Source: an uncultured Solirubrobacterales bacterium
Lineage (GTDB): Bacteria; Actinomycetota; Thermoleophilia; Solirubrobacterales; JBBDJG01
Reading direction: 5' to 3'
Assembly: GCA_963785085.1 (NCBI GenBank)
Contig: CAWAUD010000007.1
Coordinates: forward strand, 28,613 to 92,612
DNA length: 64,000 nt
The notes under the pieces were generated by a model. That model saw only the letters and a list, made by a program, of their open reading frames with translations. It searched no databases and was not told where the DNA came from. Within the stretch, counting starts at the first letter, position 1. The number at the start of each line of letters is the position of its first letter. Shown here piece after piece: positions 50,641 to 63,583 of the stretch. The position numbers and the translations under genes are program-made.

Positions 50641-53600
50641 ATGTTCAAGCCACTACTAGACAGAGCCAACTCATCCGATGACCTTCAGCGCCTGGTGGCG
50701 GAAGCCGCGGCGTCGCCTCAGCGTGCCTTCGTATCCGCCTCCCTGCGGCCGTTCCTGACCGCGGCGCTGCTCGACTCGGAGCAGTTCTCCAAGTCCCCTG
50801 CCCTCGTCGTCGCAGCCGACGATCGCGGCGCGCGCGACCTGGCGATCGACCTGAGGGCCTACCTGGACCCGGCGCCGGTCCGCTTCTACCCGGCGCGCGG
50901 CGTCCGCTACGAGTCCCAGCTTGCGCCGCCGCCGCACCTCGTCGGGCTGCGGATCGCCGCGCTCGACGCACTCCTCGAGCCGGACGCAGAGCGCCCCGCG
51001 GTGGTCGTGGCGAGCGCAGTCGCGCTGATGGAGCGAATCCCCGACCCCGAGCTGCGCCCACACGGGTTCCGGCTGGCGGTTGGCGAGGAGGTCGACCTCG
51101 ACGAGATCCTCGAGCGGCTGGTCGCCTGCGGCTACACCCGCGAGGACCAGGTGTTCGAGCGCGGCCAGTTCGCGGTGCGGGGCGGCATCCTCGACGTCTA
51201 CCCGTCCACCGAGGAGCGCGCCGTGCGGATCGAGCTGTTCGGCGACGAGGTCGAGTCGCTGCGGTGGTTCTCGACCTTCACCCAGCGCTCGCTGGCCGAC
51301 GCCGAGGCGATCGAGATCGCGCCCGCGGCGGAGCTGGACCCCTCCTACCGGGAGCTGGCCGAGATGGCCGCGACGGAGGAGGGCGAGCGCCCGGACGTGG
51401 CCGAGGTGCTGCCGGTCGAGAGCTTCCGCTCGTTCCTGGAGCTGATCCCGGAGCAGGCGTGCGTGGTGCTGGCGGCCGAAGAGGAGCTGCGGCCCGCGCT
51501 CGGCGACCACTGGCAGGACGTCACGACGAGCCTGCATTCCCAGGACGCCCACCACCTGTACCTGCCGCCCGACCAGGTGGCGGCGGAGCTCGGCCGCCAC
51601 GCCGCGATCAGCCTCTCGTCCGTCTCGCAGGACCAGCCGCACACCTTCCGCGCCCAGGCCGCCGATGCCGCCGCGCGCACGATCCAGGAAGCCGAGCCGG
51701 AGCTGGAGAAGCTCGGCGCGCGACTACCTCACCGTCGTCGCCTGGTCGCGCGCCGGCGAGGCTGACCGCGCGGCCTACAACCTCGCCCGGCTGCGCCCCG
51801 GGCGACTCGACGACCCCGGCGATGCGGGAGACCCGGCGACCGCGGGCTCTGGAGTGTGGTTCGCGCGCGCCTCGCTGCGCGAGGGCTTCATCGCCCCGCA
51901 GATGCGCCTCGCGGTGATCCCGGACCACCGCCTGCTGCGGCGCCGCCGCGCCGAGCGGGCCGACGGGCCGCGGCGGGCGCTGCAGGCGTTCACGGAGCTG
52001 CGGCCCGGGGACATCGTCGTGCACACCGACCACGGCATCGGCCGCTTCTCGGGCTTCGACACCAAGACCGTCGCGCGGATCACCCGCGACTACCTGGAGC
52101 TGGAGTACCGCGACGGCGACCGCGTCTTCGTCCCCACCGACCAGCTCTCGAAGCTGAGCCGGTACGTCGGCTCCGACGGACACTCGCCGCCGCTCTCGAA
52201 GCTGGGCGGCAAGGCGTGGGACGCGATGAAGGCCCGGGCACGACGCGCAGCCGCGGAGATGGCGGGCGAGCTGCTGAACGTGTACGCGGAGCGCAAGCGG
52301 CGCAGCGGCCACCGCTACGCAGAGGACAACGACTGGCAGCTCGAGTTCGAGCGCGCATTCCCGTATCGCGAGACCGACGACCAGCTCGAGGCGATCGAGC
52401 AGACCAAGGCCGACATGGAGTCCGAGCGCCCGATGGACCGGCTGATCTGCGGCGACGTCGGGTACGGCAAGACGGAGGTGGCGCTGCGGGCGGCGTTCAA
52501 GGCTGCCAGCGAGGGGCGCCAGACGCTGGTCCTGGCGCCGACCACGATCCTGGCCCAGCAGCACTTCGGCACCTTCACCGAGCGGCTTGCCGACTACCCG
52601 TTCCGGATCGAGCTGATGTCGCGCCTTCGCTCCGCCAAGGAGCAGCGCCAGACCGCTCGCGCCTTCGCGGAAGGAAAGGTGGACATCCTGATCGGGACGC
52701 ACCGGCTGCTCTCGCGCGACGTGCAGCCGAAGGATCTCGGCCTGGTGATCGTGGACGAGGAGCAGCGCTTCGGCGTCAAGCAGAAGGAGGCCCTGCGCCA
52801 GCTGCGGCTGAACGTGGACGTGCTGGCGCTGTCGGCGACCCCGATCCCGCGCACGCTGCAGATGTCGCTGGCCGGCATGCGCGACATCTCGGTCATCGAG
52901 ACGCCGCCGGAAGGCCGGCGCCCGATCCACACCTATGTGGGGGCCCACGACGAGGACCTCGTCGAGGGGGCGATCAACCGCGAGCTGGAGCGCGGCGGCC
53001 AGGTCTTCTACCTGCATGACCGCGTGGAGGACATCGAGGAGGCCGCCGAGCGGCTGCGGGGCCTGGTCCCGAAGGCGCGGATCGTGGTCGCCCACGGCCA
53101 GATGGAGGCGGCCCGCCTCGAGGACGCGATGATGGGCTTCCTGCGCGGAGACACCCACGTGCTCGTCTCGACGACGATCATCGAGTCCGGGCTCGACATC
53201 CCGCAGGCCAACACGCTGATCGTCGAGCGCGCCGACCGGCTCGGCCTGGCCCAGCTGTACCAGATACGTGGCCGCGTCGGGCGCTCCCGCGAGCGCGCCT
53301 ACGCCTACCTGCTGTACCCCTCCGACGAGGCGCTCAGCCACGATGCTGCGGCCCGCCTCTCCACCCTCTCCGACTACACGGAGCTCGGGTCCGGCTTCCG
53401 GATCGCGATGCGCGACCTGGAGATCCGCGGCGCCGGCAACCTGCTCGGCGCCGAGCAGTCCGGGCACGTGGCGGCGGTCGGCTTCGAGCTCTACCTCCAG
53501 ATGCTCGACGAGGCGGTCGCGGCGCGCTCGGACGGCGAGACGGGCGGCGAGCCCGAAGGCGACGGCCGCTGGGAGCCGGTGCGGATCGAGGTCCCGGTCG

Positions 53601-54085
53601 ACGCCTACATCCCGCCGGCGTACATCCCCTTCGAGGTCGCGAAGATCGACGTCCACCGCCGGATCTCGGCGGCCCGCGAACCCGCCGATCTCGAGGCGAT
53701 CGCGGAAGAGCTGGAGGATCGCTTCGGCCCGCCGCCGGAGGCGGTGGAGAACCTGCTGCGCCTCCAGCGAGCGCGCATCCGCCTGGCGCCGGCCGGCGTC
53801 CGGGTCGCGGACGTGCGGGGCGAGCTGATCACGATCTCGCCGCTGCGGCTCGACTCCGCCACGGCCAAGGCGCTCCGCGAGGATCTCGGTCAGGTGCTCT
53901 ACAAATCGCTCGAAAAGACGCTGCAGGTGCGGATCCCCGAGGACGAGATGGATCGCCTGTCGGCTCTGCTTCGGGTTGCAGAGGCCCTTGCGGCCGCGCG
54001 GGCGGGCGAACCCTCTGGCGTAGCGGCCTCAGGACCATTGGTACAGTTGCGCGCGTCCCGACCCCCCGGCGGAGGAACTTCTTAG
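50641..54085 (+). CDS. mfd: Transcription-repair coupling factor (frameshift near 51720)
   Basis: GQFAVRGGILDVYP, VHTDHGIGRF, MDRLICGDVGYGKTE, DEEQRFGV, SATPIPRT, QIRGRVGR, DLEIRGAGNLLG. Confidence 0.96.
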
Positions 54086-54088
54086 ACC

Positions 54089-55413
54089 ATGCGCAACACT
54101 CGGAACTTCATCGGCGTAATCCTGCTCGTCTGTTTGGTGCTGCTCGGCATCTCCGCGGTCGTCTCCTCGGCTGGGGGAGTGGACAGCGAGGACTGTCGCC
54201 ACCGTCGACGGCGCCGGGGACATTCCGAAGACCGAGTTCAACCACTGGTTCAACATCATCGCCTCGCAGCCGCAGCCGGGCCAGAAGAAGAAGCCCGTGC
54301 CGCCCCAGCCGGGGTCGAAGGAGTACGAGACCATCAAGCAGCAGGTGATGAGCTTCCTCATCTCCTCGAAGTGGATCGAGGGCGAGGCCAAGGCCCGCGG
54401 CGTGAGCGCGACCCCCGAGGAGGTCCAGCGCCAGTTCAAGCAGGTCAAGCAGCAGTCCTTCCCCAACGAGAAGGCCTACCAGCGCCTCCTGGCGCGCAGC
54501 GGCCAGACCGAGCAGGACCTGCTCTTCCGCGTGAAGTCCGACGTGCTGGCCAACAAGGTGCGCGAGAAGGTCACCGCCGGCGCCACGAACGTCTCCGACA
54601 GCGACGCGCAGAGCTACTTCAACGCCAACAAGTCCCAGTTCGAGCAGCCGGAGCGCCGCGACGTCGAGCTCGTCAAGACGAAGACGCAGGCCCAGGCGCA
54701 GGAGGCACTCAAGCGGGTCCAGGGCGGCGAGAGCTTCAAGGCGGTCGCCAAGGACCTGTCGATCGACCCGGCCTCGAAGAACCAGGACGGGCGCCTGATC
54801 GCCGTCTCGAAGGGCCAGCAGGAGGGCGCCTTCGACGCCGCGCTGTTCGCGGGCGTGAAGAACAAGATCGCCGGCCCGGTGAAGACCGACACCGGCTACT
54901 ACGTCTTCCGCGTCACCAAGATCACTCCCGGGACGAAGCAGAGCTTCGCGCAGTCGAAGCAGGGCATCAAGCAGCTGCTCGCCTCGCAGAACCAGCAGAA
55001 GAAGCTGGACAGCTTCTCGACCAACTTCCGCAACGAGTGGCGCGCGAACACCAACTGCGCGACCGACTACGTCATTCCGGACTGCCGCAACGGCCGTGCG
55101 CCCACGCCTGAGGCTCCCCCCGCGACCGGCAAGCAGCCGGTGAAGGGGTCGAGCGGCGCGGCGCCGCCCGCACTCGATGGCACCGGCGCGCCGCTGGTCG
55201 GGACCAGCACCGGTGGCACCGTGATCGGGCAGCCGGCACCGTCGCCGAGCCTCGGAGGGCTTGGCGCCGCCGCCGGTGCTGCAGGGCCGACCCAGTCGGC
55301 TCCACTCGCGCTCGGCGGCGCTCCGCAGAAGGGCGCGGGGGCCGGCGGGCGCGATTCCTCCGGGTGCGCTCGGCGGCGGCGGAGCGGTACCGACTCCGGT
55401 CCCCGGCCAGTAG
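54089..55413 (+). CDS. PrsA/SurA-like peptidyl-prolyl isomerase foldase (frameshifted)
   Basis: N-terminal TM; SurA-like helices; parvulin domain PERR..F..VAKDLSIDPASK..G..FD.ALF..GPVKTDTGYYV. Confidence 0.85.
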
Positions 55414-55425
55414 GGCAACCGACCG

Positions 55426-57369
<1,944 letters not shown>

Positions 57370-57372
<3 letters not shown>

Positions 57373-57449
57373 TCCGCAGTCCGCAGTCGGCAGTCCGCCG
57401 ATAGGTCGGTCCCGAAGCCTGCCGACTGCCGTCTGCCGACTGCCGACTC
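57370..57449. repeat. Inverted arrays of 7-bp tandem repeats
   Basis: TAGTCCG CAGTCCG CAGTCGG CAGTCCG ... CCGACTG CCGTCTG CCGACTG CCGACTC. Confidence 0.85.
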
Positions 57450-57490
57450 GAACGAAGGACAGCGTCCGCGCAACGCGAACGTTCTCCCCG

Positions 57491-57862
57491 ATGAGCACGA
57501 CCGCTGCCAGGCCGCGGACGGCCGCCGATCGTGGGAGGAAGAAAGCCACGGCGCGCAGCGGTCGGGCTCGCCGCCGCTCCGGAGGGATCCGCTGGGACCG
57601 CGTTTCCCGGCTCGCGCTCCTCGCGGTGCTGGGGATGATCCTCCTGTCGTATCTCGGCCCGGCTGCCCGTTATGTGCGCAGCTGGCAGCTGTCGCACCAG
57701 ACCCGCACGGAGATCCAGCAGCTGCGCCAGGACAACGCCCGCCTGCGCACGGAGTCGACGCGCTTGCAGAATCCGCAGCAGGTGGAGCTCGAGGCACGGC
57801 GCATGGGAATGGCCCGCCCCGGCGAGCGCACGTTCGTCATCAAGGGCCTGCCGCCGGACTGA
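57491..57862 (+). CDS. Septum formation initiator (DivIC/FtsB family)
   Basis: TM plus coiled coil, VELEARRMGMARPGE; follows eno. Confidence 0.88.
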   Translation: MSTTAARPRTAADRGRKKATARSGRARRRSGGIRWDRVSRLALLAVLGMILLSYLGPAARYVRSWQLSHQTRTEIQQLRQDNARLRTESTRLQNPQQVELEARRMGMARPGERTFVIKGLPPD

Positions 57863-57924
57863 GCTTTGCGGCTCCGCGCGGGCCCGGAACTGGGCAGGTA
57901 AGGGGGCGAGTTTGGGGGTTGCGG

Positions 57925-57958
57925 TCACTTGTGTACCTGGTGGGTACACAATCGACCC
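57925..57958. repeat. Palindrome at the 5' end of the AbiEi/DUF559 gene
   Basis: GGTC-AC-TTGTGTACC-TGGTG-GGTACACAA-TC-GACC. Confidence 0.7.
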
Positions 57959-57984
57959 CAACGGTGGCGCAGCGGATCGCGCGC

Positions 57985-58854
57985 ATGGCGAGTGCGCAGC
58001 ATGGGGTGGCCACTCGGGCCCAACTCCTTAATGCTGGAATTTCGTCCCGCCAGATACACGTACGCCTCAAAAGCGGCACCTTTATCCGCGTCTACCCGGG
58101 CGTCTACCGCGTTGGCCACCAAGCGCCGAGCACCGAGGCCATCTACTTGGCTGCCGTACTTGCCTGCGGGCCGGGTGCTCTACTGAGCGGGCGGGCCGCC
58201 GCCTACCTGCTCCGGATCCTCAAAGGTCGCCCACCGGCCCCTGAGGTCAGCACGCCGTTGAAGCGCCGGGTCCAGGGGCTAAAGGTTCGGCGCGGCGGCG
58301 GGCTTAAAGAGGACGCGATCACGTGGCGAGGGATCCAGGTCACGAGCGTCCCCCGCACGCTGGTCGACAACGCCGCCTCCATGGCGGCCGAGGATCTCGC
58401 GCGCATGTGCCACGAGGCGGGCGTCCTTTACCGCACCAGCCCGCGCATGGTCGAAGCGGTCCTTAAGCGCCGGCCCGCGAGTCCAGGCGCGGCCACGCTG
58501 CGCGCGGTCATGAGCGGTGACGTCCCCGCGCTCCTCAGCAAGCTCGAGAAGGGTGCGCTTGGCCTTTGTCGCCGCGAGGGCATCCCTCCGCCCGATGACA
58601 TCAACCGCCCGGCCGACGGCCGGCGCGTCGACTTCCGCTGGCGCAAGCAGCGCCTGACCGTCGAGCTCGACAGCTTCACCTACCACAACTCCCGCCATTC
58701 CTGGGAGCAGGACCGGAAGCGTGAGCGCGAGGCCCGCGCGCGGGGCGACGAGTTCCGCCGCTACACGTGGGGCGACGTGTTCGAGGACCGTGCGTTCATG
58801 CTGGCCGAGATGCGGGCGCTACTAAAACAAGATCGGGTGGGCACAATGCGGGGC
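57985..58854 (+). CDS. AbiEi-antitoxin-like N-terminal domain + DUF559/Vsr-like nuclease-fold protein
   Basis: AQHGVATRAQLLNAG..RVYPGVYRVGH, SGRAAA, TSVPRTLVD, RVDFRW..LTVELDSFTYH..DRKRE; no stop before the next gene; start uncertain. Confidence 0.8.
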
Positions 58855-59205
58855 GTGATGGCATCGCCTGAGCGCGACCGGCGCCCTGATCAGAGCGTTC
58901 TCTTCTCGTGGGAGGAGGGCTATGACCGGCTCCAGGCCGCCCGATCTGACGCGGCCCTCTATCGCGCACTCGGCCGGCTGGTCGTCGCGGTGCAGGACGA
59001 GCTGCGCCGGCGCCTGGGCTCCACCTTCACGGTCGGGGAGCTGGTCGATCTCTACCGGCAGGGGACCGACTGGGCGCTCGAGCTCGCGATCGGGCGCAAT
59101 CCAGACGACAGCCGCCTCTGGGACCTGTCGATCGGCGCCGACGCCGCCTTCTACCTCTACATGCGCGAGGCCGCCGACTACGCCGGCGGCCGCGTTCCTG
59201 ACTAG
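58855..59205 (+). CDS. Conserved hypothetical protein, in frame with the upstream ORF
   Basis: WEEGYDRL..ELRRRLGSTFTVGELVDLY..DW..DAAFYLYMREAADYAGG; own CACAAT -10-like hexamer 7 nt before GTG. Confidence 0.65.
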   Translation: MMASPERDRRPDQSVLFSWEEGYDRLQAARSDAALYRALGRLVVAVQDELRRRLGSTFTVGELVDLYRQGTDWALELAIGRNPDDSRLWDLSIGADAAFYLYMREAADYAGGRVPD

Positions 59206-59209
59206 TTTC

Positions 59210-59956
59210 CTAGTCCTCGTCCGGCTCGTCGGACGGGCCAGAGCCGTCGGCCGGCCGGATCGTGATCGCCTCGGCGGAGACCGTCACCATCACGGCGCGC
59301 TTGCCGGCCCAGTGGTCTGAGTAGACCTGACTGTCGGCGACGGCCGGGTCGAGCCACAGCCCGTATCCCTCCTCGCCGTGGTCGAAGGTCGCCTCGAACG
59401 ACGTGTCCGAGGACTTCGACCGGCGGCGGCGCCCTCCGCGGCGGCCTCTGCGGCGCCGGGGGGGACGATCGGCGGGTGGGCCGTCCTCGTCCTCGTCGTC
59501 GGCCACGTCGGCAGCCGGCGAGTCGCCACCGGGGCCACTTTCGAGATCGGCCAGCTCGTCGTCCTCGGGCCGGTCGCGCCGCGACGAAGCGGCAGCAGGT
59601 TCAGGTTCCGGTTCCGGCTCCTGGTCGGGCTCTGGTTCCGGCTCGGGCTCGGGTTCGAGCTCGGCCTCTGGCTCGGGCTCTGGTTCCGGCTCGCGTTCTG
59701 GCTCCGGCTCGGGTTCGAGCTCTGCCTCGGGCTCGGGCTCGGGCGCCGATTCCGGCTCGGCGGCGGTGAGCGCTTCGGACGGGCGGGACTGGGCCTGGCC
59801 CTCCGGCTCAAGGTCGTGCTCGCGCTTGAACTTCCCGAGCTGGTCGATGGTGACGTCCAGCTTGTGGGCGATCCAGGCGTCCGTGCGTCCCTGGCGGACC
59901 CAGAGCCTGATCTGGTTCAGCTGCGAGCGCAGCGAAGGCTGTCTGCGGGCGTTCGT
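59210..59956 (-). CDS. Hypothetical protein: HTH-like N-terminus, Glu-Pro linker, Arg-rich motif, AbrB-like C-terminus
   Basis: [22 protein letters not shown]; (EP)n; [45 protein letters not shown] 7 nt before an ACG codon. Confidence 0.7.
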   Translation of the reverse strand, partial: TNARRQPSLRSQLNQIRLWVRQGRTDAWIAHKLDVTIDQLGKFKREHDLEPEGQAQSRPSEALTAAEPESAPEPEPEAELEPEPEPEREPEPEPEPEAELEPEPEPEPEPDQEPEPEPEPAAASSRRDRPEDDELADLESGPGGDSPAADVADDEDEDGPPADRPPRRRRGRRGGRRRRSKSSDTSFEATFDHGEEGYGLWLDPAVADSQVYSDHWAGKRAVMVTVSAEAITIRPADGSGPSDEPDED

Positions 59957-60230
59957 AGGTTCTCTCCTTCCGGGGCGCGGCCACTGCCGCTGTGTCAAGA
60001 AGTCTGCTCGCCGGCGCCGGATTGTACGCGCTCGCCGCGTGCCGGCAGCCGCCGCGGTGCAGTGAGGCGGCGCGATTTCGACGCCGAGGATGACGCGGCA
60101 CACCGAATTTCGGGTACCGCACGAAATATCGGGTGCGTAGTGCTGTCGGTTTGTTGCGCGGCTCGCCCTTTGCTGGTTTAGTTAGGCGCCCGGCGTGGAG
60201 CCCACACTTGCAGGGAGGCAGGCACACCTT

Positions 60231-60455
60231 TTGCTAGTCCTAACCAGGAAATCGAACCAGAGCATCATGATCGGAGACGACATCGAGGTGTCCGTCCTCT
60301 CGATCATGGGGGAAAAGGTGCGGATCGGAATTCAGGCGCCACGCAACATCCCCGTGTTCCGCAAAGAGGTTTACCTCGAGATCCAGCAGGAGAAGGCCAG
60401 CGGCACCCGCGGCGAAGTAGACCGCGCGCTGGAGAACCTCTCCGAAGAGAAGTAG
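60231..60455 (+). CDS. csrA: Carbon storage regulator / RNA-binding protein
   Basis: MLVLTRKSNQSIMIGDDIEVSVL..KVRIGIQAPRNIPVFRKEVY; TTG start, SD AGGGAGG. Confidence 0.96.
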   Translation: MLVLTRKSNQSIMIGDDIEVSVLSIMGEKVRIGIQAPRNIPVFRKEVYLEIQQEKASGTRGEVDRALENLSEEK

Positions 60456-60456
60456 C

Positions 60457-60696
60457 TCAGCCCATCAGCCAGGCGAGCGTCTCGAACATCACGATCGTGA
60501 CCAGCACGACCGTGAGCACGATCGAGAGCATCAGCATCACGAAGCGCAGCTGCTGACCGCGCTCCACCTGGGCGCGCTTGCGCTGTCGCGATCGCTTGAC
60601 CGCCTGCCGGCGGAGATGTTCGCGCCGGCGGCGTTCGAGAATCGACTGCTCCTCGAACTCGCGTTCGAGGTGGGCGAGGCTTTGGCGCATCTTCAT
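60457..60696 (-). CDS. Small protein: basic coiled coil plus C-terminal TM
   Basis: MKMRQSLAHLEREFEE..FVMLMLSIVLTVVLVTIVMFETLAWLMG. Confidence 0.7.
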   Translation of the reverse strand: MKMRQSLAHLEREFEEQSILERRRREHLRRQAVKRSRQRKRAQVERGQQLRFVMLMLSIVLTVVLVTIVMFETLAWLMG

Positions 60697-60727
60697 GCGA
60701 GGGCCAAACCTAGCGGAAACGGCCGAT

Positions 60728-62205
60728 CTAGTGGGTTTTCGGGGCCCTTCGGAGCCGATGCTCGTCGCCGATCCTCACGAGGAGGCCCTCGCCGTCGAAT
60801 CGCTCCAGAAGCGCCTGCGCGTAGCGACGGCTGGTGCCGAGAGCATCCCGCAGCGCAGCGATCGTGACGGCCCCATCACGCTCGCAGAGCGCAACGACCG
60901 CCGCGCGCACCTGCTTCATCACATCGGCATCGAAGAACAGGTCCGGGCCACATCGCACGACGAGCCCTTCGTCGGCGAGCCGGCCGAGCTCACGCAGCTC
61001 GTCACGCCCGGTAACCCGCGGCGGCTCGAGCCCCGCCTCGCGTACGAGCGTCAACAACTGCGCCCGCAGAACGCGATCGCTCGGACCCTGCAGTCTGCGG
61101 TCTGCGGTCTGCCGACTCCCGACTGCCGACTCCCGACTCGCCGACACTGCCAGCACCACCCCACCCCCGATCGTGTCGGGCGGCGCGATGCTCCGGACGA
61201 CGAACCGATCGCCTGGGACCGCGACCAGCTGCTGCTCGAGCAGCAGCTCCGTTCGGCCTTCGCGGTGCCGGACACGTGCCGCGGTCTGGCGCGTTCCATG
61301 GTGGAGCTGAACGCGCGCGCCGTTGTCGAGCGAGCCGGCGTTCAGGCTGACCGCGATCCGATGCGTCGCCCTGATGCCACCGCCTGGACGCGTGAGGACG
61401 TCCCCGCGGTTCACGGCGCGCCGGTCGGCGCCTGTCAACGCGACCGCGACGCGCTGGCCGGCCGCGGCTCGCTGGACCTCGGCGCCGTGGACCTGCACCG
61501 AGCGGATGCGGTACTCGGCGCCTCCGGGCTCCACGCGCACTCGCTCGCCGGTTGACAGCTCCCCCGCCCACAGCGTCCCGGTCACGACCGTTCCGATCCC
61601 GCGCAGGGTGAACGAGCGGTCGATGTGCAGCCGCGCCGGGCCGGGAGCCTCGGCGCGGCCTGGCAGTGCGGCGGCGGCGCGGTCGAGCGTCGCCCGCAGG
61701 GCATCGATACCGGCGCCATCGAGGCCTGAGACTGGCACGATGTCCGCATCGGAGTAGGGACCACCGGCGAGCAGAGGTCCCGGACCTCGGCGATCGCGGC
61801 CGCGACACGCTCGTCCGGGACCGCGTCGGACTTGGTGACCGCCACCACGCCGGCCGGCACGCCGAGCGCCTCGAGCACGCGGACGTGCTCGCGCGTCTGC
61901 GGCATCACGCCGTCGTCGGCGGCGACGACGAGCAGGAAGAGGTCCACCCCGGTCGCGCCGGCGACCATCGTCCGCACGAACCGCTCGTGGCCCGGGACGT
62001 CCACGACGCTCATGCGGCGCCCGGACGGGAGCTCCAGCGGAGCGAAGCCGAGCTCGATCGAGATGCCGCGCTCGCGCTCCTGGGGGAGGCGATCCGTGTC
62101 GACTCCGGTGAGCGCGCCCACCAGCACGGTCTTCCCGTGGTCGATGTGGCCGGCGGTGCCGAGCGTCAGCGGACTGGCGGCCGCGTCAGCTCCCGAGGGC
62201 GGCAT
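60728..62205 (-). CDS. selB: Selenocysteine-specific elongation factor, short form (frameshift near 61760)
   Basis: [58 protein letters not shown]-terminal winged helix [12 protein letters not shown]. Confidence 0.93.
61091..61145. repeat. 7-bp tandem repeat array inside selB
   Basis: CAGTCTG CGGTCTG CGGTCTG CCGACTC CCGACTG CCGACTC CCGACTC. Confidence 0.8.
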
Positions 62206-63583
62206 GCACGGCGTCCGCGACGGTTTCGAGCGCGTCGTCCTCCAGCGTGCGCACGTGCAGGAGCAGTGCGTCATCCCGAACCGGCGCGATCACCGGGGGG
62301 TCTCCATCGCGCAGACGCTGCTGGAGCATCTCCGCTCCGGCCGCGGACACGATCCGCACCGCCCAGCCGGGCAGTTCCTCCTCGGGCAGCGAGCCGCCGC
62401 CCGCAAACCCGGGCGCGGCGACCACATCTATCCCGTGATCGCCGCCCAGCAAACCGGCGAGCCTCCGCGCACGTGCTTCGAGCGCGCCGTCGTCCTCAGC
62501 CAGCATCCGCAGCGCCGGGACCTCGCCGGAGCCGAGGTGGAGCCGCAGCGTCGCCTCGAGCGCCGCGAGGGAGAGCTTGTCGATCCGCATCGCCCGCGCG
62601 AGCGGATGCGCGCGCATGCGCTCGATCGCCTCGGCCTGCCCCACCGCGATGCCGGCCTGAGGGCCGCCGAGGAGCTTGTCGCCGGAGAAGCAGACGACCG
62701 CGGCACCGGCGGAGACGCTGCGCCGCGCGGAGGGCTCGTCCTGCCGGCCGCCATCGAGGAGGCCCGACCCGATGTCGTCGATGACGGGGATCGCACACTC
62801 CTGCCCGAGCGCGCAGAGCGCCTCGATCTCGACCTGCTCCGTGAACCCGACGGTGCGGAAGTTCGACTGGTGGACGCGCATCAGGACCGCTGTGTCCGGC
62901 CCGATCGCACGCCGGTAGTCACGCAGGCGGGTCCGGTTCGTGGTGCCGACCTCGACCAGCCGCGCTCCCGACTGCTCCACGATCTCGGGGATGCGGAAGG
63001 AACCGCCGATCTCCACCAGCTGCCCGCGCGAGATGACCACCTCGCGGCCGCCGGCGATCGCGCCGACGGCAAGCAGCACCGCGGCGGCGTTGTTGTTCAC
63101 GGCGATCGCGGCCGCGGCGCCCGTCAGCTCGCGCAGCAGGTCCTCGACGTGACGGTGGCGGCTCCCGCGGGCTCCGGTCTCCAGGTCGTACTCGAGGTTG
63201 GTGTAGCCGCCGGCCGTGGCGGCGACCGCCGCGACAGCCTCGGGTGCAAGCGGCGCGCGCCCGAGGTTCGTGTGGACGACGATTCCGGTCGCGTTGATCA
63301 CAGGCCGCAGGCTCGGCCGCGCGCGGCGCATGGCCACGATCGCCGCCTCGGCTGCCAGCTCGGACGCGCCGGTTCCGGCGGGCTCGCCGGCCAGCAGCAG
63401 GGCGCGGCGGCGCTCGATGGCCTCACGGGCGGCGTCCACGGCGAGCGGCCGTGGGATCGCGCCGGCGGCTGAGCGCAACGGCTCGGTCCCAAGCAGGCGC
63501 TCCACCGAGGGCAGCGCGCGCAGGGCGCCGTCCTCAGCCGGGACTGTCGGCGGGTGGGCGCCTTCCGTCGACCCAGCGCTCAC
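62186..63583 (-). CDS. selA: L-seryl-tRNA(Sec) selenium transferase (start approximate)
   Basis: [69 protein letters not shown]. Confidence 0.96.
   Translation of the reverse strand: MSAGSTEGAHPPTVPAEDGALRALPSVERLLGTEPLRSAAGAIPRPLAVDAAREAIERRRALLLAGEPAGTGASELAAEAAIVAMRRARPSLRPVINATGIVVHTNLGRAPLAPEAVAAVAATAGGYTNLEYDLETGARGSRHRHVEDLLRELTGAAAAIAVNNNAAAVLLAVGAIAGGREVVISRGQLVEIGGSFRIPEIVEQSGARLVEVGTTNRTRLRDYRRAIGPDTAVLMRVHQSNFRTVGFTEQVEIEALCALGQECAIPVIDDIGSGLLDGGRQDEPSARRSVSAGAAVVCFSGDKLLGGPQAGIAVGQAEAIERMRAHPLARAMRIDKLSLAALEATLRLHLGSGEVPALRMLAEDDGALEARARRLAGLLGGDHGIDVVAAPGFAGGGSLPEEELPGWAVRIVSAAGAEMLQQRLRDGDPPVIAPVRDDALLLHVRTLEDDALETVADAVHAALGS

Noticed and set aside
57985..58854. Complete type IV toxin-antitoxin (AbiE) defence system
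   Set aside because: No adjacent AbiEii nucleotidyltransferase toxin is recognisable
59595..59760. GGCTCG/GGTTCC hexamer tandem repeats as a separate element
   Set aside because: Explained by the (Glu-Pro)n linker of the minus-strand protein
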